From an uncultured Alphaproteobacteria bacterium (lineage in GTDB: Bacteria > Pseudomonadota > Alphaproteobacteria > RF32 > CAG-239): a stretch of DNA of 64,000 nucleotides. Each line of letters begins with the position of its first letter. Within the stretch, counting starts at the first letter, position 1. The translations under genes and the position numbers were made by a program. Location of the stretch: NCBI GenBank assembly GCA_944391335.1, contig CALXTF010000006.1:3296-67295 (forward strand), written 5' to 3'. Under the pieces are notes generated by a model that was not told where the DNA came from, searched no databases, and saw only the letters and a list, made by a program, of their open reading frames with translations. Of the stretch, positions 58,298 to 64,000 are shown one piece after another.

Positions 58298-58945
58298 ATG
58301 CCTCAAGGTCGTTTTATCACTTTTGAAGGGGGAGAAGGTTGCGGTAAAACAACGCAATTGAAATATCTAGGTGATTATTTGCAAGCGCAGGGAATAAATG
58401 TTTTATTAACAAAAGAACCGGGAGGAACAGAAGTCGGAATAGAGTTAAGAAAAATTCTTTGCTCCGGTGATGTGGATAAACTTGATCCCATAGCAGAAGC
58501 ACTTCTCTATTATGCAGATAGACGACTTCATATGCAGCAGAAAATTCTTCCCGCTCTTGCTCAAGGGACATGGGTCTTAAGTGATCGTTTTGCAGATTCG
58601 ACATTAGCTTATCAATATTATGGATATAATAAGAAAATATCAAAAGAAATCCTTAAACAACTTTATACAATTGTTGTTGGCGATTTCTGTCCGGATTTGA
58701 CTATTATCTTGGATATAAATCCTATAGTTGGTTTATCACGGTCTATTCAACGAAATAAAATTATGGCAGCAAAAGAAGTTCGTTTTGAAAATAAAGAATT
58801 GAATTTTCATAGAAATTTACGCAGCGGTTTTTTGGAAATCGCTCAAACTTCTTCACGTTATGTTGTTTTAGACGCACAGAAAAGTATAGAAGAATTACAT
58901 CAAGATATTATAAAAACCGTAAAAGAAAGGTTGATAAATAAATAA
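58298..58945 (+). CDS. tmk: dTMP kinase
   Basis: FITFEGGEGCGKTTQ P-loop and the DRF motif (LSDRFADS). Starts at the base following the upstream stop. Confidence 0.9.
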   Translation: MPQGRFITFEGGEGCGKTTQLKYLGDYLQAQGINVLLTKEPGGTEVGIELRKILCSGDVDKLDPIAEALLYYADRRLHMQQKILPALAQGTWVLSDRFADSTLAYQYYGYNKKISKEILKQLYTIVVGDFCPDLTIILDINPIVGLSRSIQRNKIMAAKEVRFENKELNFHRNLRSGFLEIAQTSSRYVVLDAQKSIEELHQDIIKTVKERLINK

Positions 58946-59994
58946 TGGCCGTTGGCGAACAAAATACACCACAAAATAATACAATTCTTTTAGGACAAGA
59001 AGAAGCAGAAAAAATTCTTCTAAACGCGTATAATGCCCATAAATTACATAATTCATGGTTGATATGCGGGGTGAAAGGAATAGGCAAAGCAACATTAGCA
59101 TATCGTTTCGCACGATTTTTATTATCCGAAAGTGATACAAAAAAAGAAGCAAAAACATTAGCCACTTCTCCGTTAAGTCCTGTAAATAATTTAATATCGG
59201 CCGGAGCGCATCCCGATTTTAAGGTTATCCAGCGAGATTATATTGATACAGATCGCAAAAAAATCATAAAAGCTCTCAAAGAAGGTTCTTCAATTGATGA
59301 AAGTGAACTTAAAAATTTAAAGAAATCAACTTTTATTCGAATTGATGATGTACGGACAGTTCATGAGTTTTTAGCGAAAAAATCATCAAATGATGGTTGG
59401 CGTGTGGTTATTATAGATAGTATTGATGATATGAATATGGCTTCGGCTAATGCCATATTAAAGATTTTAGAAGAACCGCCGATTAAAAGTATTTTACTTC
59501 TTATAAGCCATCATCCGGAACAATTATTACCCACGATCCGATCTCGTTGTGCCAAACTTATGCTAAAACCTTTAGCCGATAATGTTGTATCAAGTCTTAT
59601 ACGTCGTTATCGTCCCGAGATAGATGAACAAAAAGTCAAAACAATTACCTCTATTTCATCAGGCAGTATAGGTAAAGCTCTAAATTATGCGGATTGCGGA
59701 GCTGTGGAATTATATCAAGATTTATGTCAATTGGTTAAATCTAATGTTTCACCCAAAATAAGCGATATATTGGAATGGGTGGATAATGCTTGTGCTAATG
59801 AAGATCGTTTTACTTTAGCCGTGGAATTAATATTAAAATTTTATTCGGATAATATTCTGTCTTCCCCCAGAATAGAAGAAACAGTTTATGCTTGGGAAAA
59901 TACCGTAAAAATTTTGCGTCAGACAGAAAGTTTAAATATGGATAAAAAAGAAACCTTAATTAATATTATCAATAACTTATGTAAAGTTATGTAG
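58945..59994 (+). CDS. holB: DNA polymerase III subunit delta'
   Basis: GVKGIGKATLAYRFARFLL, ANAILKILEEPP and TIRSRC. 1-nt overlap with tmk. Confidence 0.85.
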   Translation: MAVGEQNTPQNNTILLGQEEAEKILLNAYNAHKLHNSWLICGVKGIGKATLAYRFARFLLSESDTKKEAKTLATSPLSPVNNLISAGAHPDFKVIQRDYIDTDRKKIIKALKEGSSIDESELKNLKKSTFIRIDDVRTVHEFLAKKSSNDGWRVVIIDSIDDMNMASANAILKILEEPPIKSILLLISHHPEQLLPTIRSRCAKLMLKPLADNVVSSLIRRYRPEIDEQKVKTITSISSGSIGKALNYADCGAVELYQDLCQLVKSNVSPKISDILEWVDNACANEDRFTLAVELILKFYSDNILSSPRIEETVYAWENTVKILRQTESLNMDKKETLINIINNLCKVM

Positions 59995-60005
59995 GAGAGG
60001 AAAAA

Positions 60006-60800
60006 ATGCTTGTCGACAGTCATTGCCATTTAGATTATAATGATTTTGAAGAAGATATGGATGATGTTATTGCCAATATGAAAGAAAATGGCGTTACGGC
60101 AGCTCTTAATGCCGGTAATTGCATCAACACACTTGATGCTCAATTACAATTATCGGAAAAATATCCTTTTATATATACGGCAGTTGGCGTTCACCCTCAT
60201 AATGCGGATGAATTTAAGACAATAACCTCTCAAGAAATAATAGAAAAAAGTATACATAAAAAAATCGTTGGTATCGGAGAATGTGGACTAGATTATTATT
60301 ACGATTATAGTAGTAAAGAAAACCAACGTCAGGTTTTTATAGAACATATAAAAGCAGCTCAAGCAACAGGTTTGCCATTGATTATTCATACCAGAGACGC
60401 AGATGATGATATGATAGATATACTTTCTCAATATTATCAAAAGAAACCTTTTTTAGGTGAAATACACTGCTTTTCGGGAAGTTTGAAATTAGCGGAGTTT
60501 GCCCTTTCCATAGGGTTTTATATTTCAGCTTCCGGTATGATAACATTTAATAAAAGCGGAGAGTTAAGAGAAATTTTTGCCAATACGCCTCTTGAAAAAT
60601 TATTAATAGAAACAGATTCTCCGTTTTTAGCTCCAGTACCACATCGAGGTCATCGTAATGAACCGGCTAATGTTCGTTATGTAGCGGAAAAATTAGCGCA
60701 AATAAAAAACATTTCATTTGAGGAAATAGCTAAAGCGACATCTGAGAATTTTTACCATTTGTTTCGTAAAGCCAGTGATAAAGGGAGATATGATTTTTAA
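60006..60800 (+). CDS. tatD: TatD family metal-dependent DNase/hydrolase
   Basis: LVDSHCHLDY, GECGLDYYY, IIHTRDA and ETDSPFLAPVPHRG. Confidence 0.9.
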   Translation: MLVDSHCHLDYNDFEEDMDDVIANMKENGVTAALNAGNCINTLDAQLQLSEKYPFIYTAVGVHPHNADEFKTITSQEIIEKSIHKKIVGIGECGLDYYYDYSSKENQRQVFIEHIKAAQATGLPLIIHTRDADDDMIDILSQYYQKKPFLGEIHCFSGSLKLAEFALSIGFYISASGMITFNKSGELREIFANTPLEKLLIETDSPFLAPVPHRGHRNEPANVRYVAEKLAQIKNISFEEIAKATSENFYHLFRKASDKGRYDF

Positions 60801-61585
60801 TGTATAAAATAACTATTTTAGGTAGTGGTGCCGCACCGGGAGTTCCTTCTATAGCTGGAGGTTGGGGAAATTGTAATCCTGATAATCCCAAAAATCGCCG
60901 GCTTCGAACAAGTGTTTGCATAGAATATGAAAATATAAGAATTTTAGTCGATACATCACCAGATTTGCGCGAACAACTTTTAACATCAAATATCCAACAC
61001 ATAGACAGTATTATTTATACGCACGCTCATGCCGACCATTTACATGGAATAGATGAATTAAGAGAAATTAATCGAGCGGAATTATCCAGTATAAATTTTT
61101 ATGCTTCAGCCGAAACGACAGAAGTTATTAATAGCCGCTTTCCTTACCTTTTAGTTTCGAAAGAGCATATGAATAATGTTATTACACGTCCCAGTTTAGT
61201 TGCAAATATTATAAAACCATATCAGTCATTTTTCATAAGAAACCTTAAAATTACCCCAATTCAATTACTCGGACATAATATGCCGACCACAGGGTATTTG
61301 TTTAATGATGGAGAAATAGTATATATTTCCGATTATCGCGCAATTGAAGAACAAGCTTTTAGTTATATCCATCAACCGGTAAAATTAATGATTGTTCCAT
61401 TAACGACACCGGAAGGAAGCAAATATCATGCCTCGTTAAAAGAAATTATATCGGATATTGACCAAATAAAACCACAACACGTTATCATTAATCATATGGC
61501 AATAGAATGTGATTATGATCAAATAAATCAAATAACCCCCCATTATGTTGAACCCGCTTATGATGGTATGAGTTATTGCTTTTAA
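60800..61585 (+). CDS. MBL-fold metallo-hydrolase (PhnP-like)
   Basis: ITILGSGAAPGVP and THAHADHLHG (HxHxDH). Conserved tatD neighbour in Alphaproteobacteria. Confidence 0.8.
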   Translation: MYKITILGSGAAPGVPSIAGGWGNCNPDNPKNRRLRTSVCIEYENIRILVDTSPDLREQLLTSNIQHIDSIIYTHAHADHLHGIDELREINRAELSSINFYASAETTEVINSRFPYLLVSKEHMNNVITRPSLVANIIKPYQSFFIRNLKITPIQLLGHNMPTTGYLFNDGEIVYISDYRAIEEQAFSYIHQPVKLMIVPLTTPEGSKYHASLKEIISDIDQIKPQHVIINHMAIECDYDQINQITPHYVEPAYDGMSYCF

Positions 61586-61596
61586 GGAGAAAAGAT

Positions 61597-62457
61597 ATGT
61601 TATGTATTTATCATATTGCCGATCATGACGGAAAAGCTTCAGGAGCAATTGTTAAACGTATATATCCTCAAATTGAACTGATAGGATTAAATCACGATAT
61701 GGAAATACCCTATCAAAAAATACAAAATCATGATAAAGTTATTATTTGTGATTTTTGTTTACCAATGGAATATATGTTTGAATTAAATAAAAAAGTTGAT
61801 TTAACATGGATAGATCATCACGCCTCGGTTATTGAAGAATATGATAAAAAGATATTAGAAGGTTATAATGCCATAAAAGGTCTTCGCCAAATAGGAACAG
61901 CAGCTTGTGTACTTACTTGGAAATATTACTATCCTCAAGAAAGTATACCGGTAGGTTTAGATTTGTTAGGACGATACGATATTTTTAATTTACAAGATGC
62001 AAGAGTAGAACCTTTTGAATATGCCATGCAGTCCTATGGTCAAAATTTTCCGTCATCATCTATATGGGAAGAATTATTAAACAATCGACTTGATATAGAT
62101 AAAATGATTTCAGAAGGCAAAAGGATATTGGATTGGATAAATTCTCGCAATCATCATTTGGTGCGGAGTATGGCTTTTGAAGCGGAGATTGATGGTCTGA
62201 GATGTATATGCTCAAATATGGCGCAAGGTCGATCCTCTTTTTTTAATTCATTAGATAATATTAAAGATTATGATGTAATGATAAATTTTTATATGAATAA
62301 AAAACGGCGTTGGAATCTTTCATTTTATTCATCGAAAAAAGATATAGACGTATCTAAAATAGCGTCTCGTTATGGAGGCGGAGGGCATAAAGGAGCGGCA
62401 GGGGCATCTTCATTAAGTGAATTACCGGATTTTATAATTAAAAGCGGATGTTTATGA
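61597..62457 (+). CDS. DHH-superfamily phosphoesterase (NrnB/COG2404-like)
   Basis: Start at MLCIYH (ATG 61597), with AAGGAG 7 nt upstream. YHIADHDGKASGAI, WIDHH, and the DHHA1 motif GGGGHKGAAG. Confidence 0.65.
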   Translation: MLCIYHIADHDGKASGAIVKRIYPQIELIGLNHDMEIPYQKIQNHDKVIICDFCLPMEYMFELNKKVDLTWIDHHASVIEEYDKKILEGYNAIKGLRQIGTAACVLTWKYYYPQESIPVGLDLLGRYDIFNLQDARVEPFEYAMQSYGQNFPSSSIWEELLNNRLDIDKMISEGKRILDWINSRNHHLVRSMAFEAEIDGLRCICSNMAQGRSSFFNSLDNIKDYDVMINFYMNKKRRWNLSFYSSKKDIDVSKIASRYGGGGHKGAAGASSLSELPDFIIKSGCL

Positions 62458-62526
62458 AAATTTTTATACTTGAAAAATATTTGTTTCGCATTAAGCTAAA
62501 TATTAAACATAAAGAAGGTAAAAAAA

Positions 62527-63399
62527 ATGTTTTTTAGAACAAGAAAAAAAGATGATGATATAACATCTCCGAGTGGTTTAGGAGCAATATGTCATAAAGT
62601 GGTAATGTTTATAACATATCCTTTTCGAAAGCCGCTTTATTTATTAGGATTTGTATTCTTATTTATCGGAGCGTTATATGGGGTTCCGATGTATAAAGGA
62701 GTAAAGATTACAGAAGTTCATTTATGGTATTTAAATAAAATAGAACGAATAAAAGGAGCGGATTTAAGCAGGGTTAGCGGAGAGATTACTAATATAATTA
62801 ATAAATTACCCATAAAATCTTCAGACCATAGGCAAGGTATAGATAAATTAGTTGATGTTAAACCGGATTATAGAGAAATACGGCGTCAAATGTTTTCAGC
62901 GGCCTCAAGTTCCGAACCGCAAAAAGTAGATATTTTGGCAAAAGAATCCGATAATATTGTTACGCTTCCCAGCCCTTTGGCCTATATAGAGGAGGAGACG
63001 AAGCCTTTAGAAGATAAATCGGCAGATATTGTTAATGAAACGGTTCAACATTTAACTACAAATGAAACAGCAATTATAAAGGAAACAGAAGATAATGTTT
63101 TGCGTTATCTTGATGAGCCGGAAGAAATATCTGGAACAGTAAAAGTATATAACGCCAATGAACTTGAAGTTGGAGGCATTTATCTATTTCTTTATGGAAT
63201 ATACTCTAATCCTGATACAGTCAGAGGAGCGAAAGCAACGTCATTTTTACAAGATTCATTATCCGGATTAGAAATTTTGTGTAAAATTATAGCATATACA
63301 GCAGATAACATAGCGACAGCAGAATGTTATGTTGATGATATTAGCATTAATCAGGTATTAGTTGACCGAGGTTTTTCAGATAAAGTTGTTCTACAATAG
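62527..63399 (+). CDS. Hypothetical membrane-anchored protein (possible degenerate SNase-like C-terminal domain)
   Basis: 290 aa. TM LYLLGFVFLFIGALYGVPMY. The C-terminal YNANELEVGGIYLFLYGIYSN...AECYVDDISINQVLVDRGFS loosely resembles the thermonuclease OB-fold pattern without obvious catalytic residues. Confidence 0.45.
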   Translation: MFFRTRKKDDDITSPSGLGAICHKVVMFITYPFRKPLYLLGFVFLFIGALYGVPMYKGVKITEVHLWYLNKIERIKGADLSRVSGEITNIINKLPIKSSDHRQGIDKLVDVKPDYREIRRQMFSAASSSEPQKVDILAKESDNIVTLPSPLAYIEEETKPLEDKSADIVNETVQHLTTNETAIIKETEDNVLRYLDEPEEISGTVKVYNANELEVGGIYLFLYGIYSNPDTVRGAKATSFLQDSLSGLEILCKIIAYTADNIATAECYVDDISINQVLVDRGFSDKVVLQ

Positions 63400-63418
63400 A
63401 TAGTTAAGAGTAGAGAAG

Positions 63419-64000
63419 ATGTGGCAACTTGTTTTAATGATCAATGGCTATTTTATAAGCATATTAGGAATGGCAATGTTATTTGTTGCCGGTTATGATA
63501 TTTATATAACATCTGCTTCTTGGTCGCCATTTTTAAGTTCGGCGTTATTTTGCCTATTTATAGGTTTATCATTATATTTATCGAACAGAGCATCGGTAGA
63601 TAATATAAGTGTTCGTCAAGGATATTTATTAACGACGAGCAGTTGGGTAATTATTTCTTTATTAGGGGCAATACCATTTATGTTGTACGGGAGTACGGAT
63701 AATTTTCATGATGCGATATTTGAAACGGTATCAGGTTTATCGACGACAGGAGCGACGATTTTAGATGACATAGAATCGCAACCGCGGGCGATATTGTTGT
63801 GGCGTTCGATGTTAGCGGCGATGGGTGGAATAGGAATAGTTATGTTTGCGGTAGCGTTATTGCCTTTTTTAGGTATAGGCGGGATGCAAATGTTTCAACG
63901 AGAGAATTCGGATATTAATGATAAGTTTATGCCGAAATTTCATTATATAGCCAAGAGGATATTTTTGGTTTACTTTTTTTTATGTGGTTTATGTACCGTA
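63419..64000 (+). CDS. trkH: TrkH-family potassium uptake protein (5' part; runs off the window)
   Basis: ATG 63419, open to the end of the window (194 codons). FETVSGLSTTGATIL and LLWRSMLAAMGGIGIVMF are typical TrkH pore-loop segments. Confidence 0.8.
   Translation, partial: MWQLVLMINGYFISILGMAMLFVAGYDIYITSASWSPFLSSALFCLFIGLSLYLSNRASVDNISVRQGYLLTTSSWVIISLLGAIPFMLYGSTDNFHDAIFETVSGLSTTGATILDDIESQPRAILLWRSMLAAMGGIGIVMFAVALLPFLGIGGMQMFQRENSDINDKFMPKFHYIAKRIFLVYFFLCGLCTV

Noticed and set aside
59994-60006. holB is followed directly by tatD without metG, which sits between them in many Alphaproteobacteria as far as I recall.
   Set aside because: This is a synteny difference only, and metG may be elsewhere in the genome. 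There is no remnant sequence in the 11-nt gap.
1-64000. Looked for CRISPR arrays, rRNA, transposases/IS ends, integrases, reverse transcriptases and prophage structural genes.
   Set aside because: None found by eye. There are no regularly spaced direct repeats and no ORFs with the corresponding motifs.

Overview
The window is AT-rich (about one-third G+C by eye, not computed) and densely coding. It looks like a chromosomal segment of an alphaproteobacterium-like organism. Three things support that lineage: tolC-popZ(DUF2497)-valS synteny, the rlpA-PBP5/6-tmk-holB-tatD-MBL gene order, and a GTTC-N7-GTTC SOS box in front of lexA. I support 54 protein-coding features (53 CDS, the last one, trkH, running off the 3' end, plus one pseudogene fragment), one tRNA-Leu(CAA), several intrinsic terminators, three near-consensus sigma70-type promoters and one LexA operator. 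Core content includes anmK, trpS, serS, dnaE, valS, lysS, lexA, glycogen genes (glgP; glgB-glgX-malQ), cell-envelope genes (tolC, rlpA, a D-Ala-D-Ala carboxypeptidase) and a cecR/ybhGFSR-type ABC efflux operon. I saw no CRISPR array, transposase, integrase or rRNA. The regions most worth a second look:

- **serS-HAD interval (14.8-20.4 kb):** it holds a stand-alone 1253-aa coiled-coil / PcfJ-like / LRR-like protein. It also holds an orphan DUF2778/Tlde1-like toxin gene with a membrane-protein partner, a decayed duplicate of that partner, and three tandem terminators directly in front of the toxin start codon.
- **VirB8-like gene (29.6-32.4 kb):** an orphan VirB8-like gene sits divergent from a TolC-family lipoprotein that carries a C-terminal Ig-like domain.
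- **Structured element (32.49-32.62 kb):** a GC-rich multi-hairpin element between convergent genes.
- **Accessory enzyme block (3.7-6.0 kb):** a pyrophosphatase-like/P-loop fusion, a GNAT and a MazG-like protein.
- **Memo-AMMECR1 fusion (21.3-24.6 kb):** it is translationally coupled to an atypical M49-like peptidase, with no radical-SAM partner in the window.

All family assignments come from motif recognition by eye and need HMM or structure confirmation.
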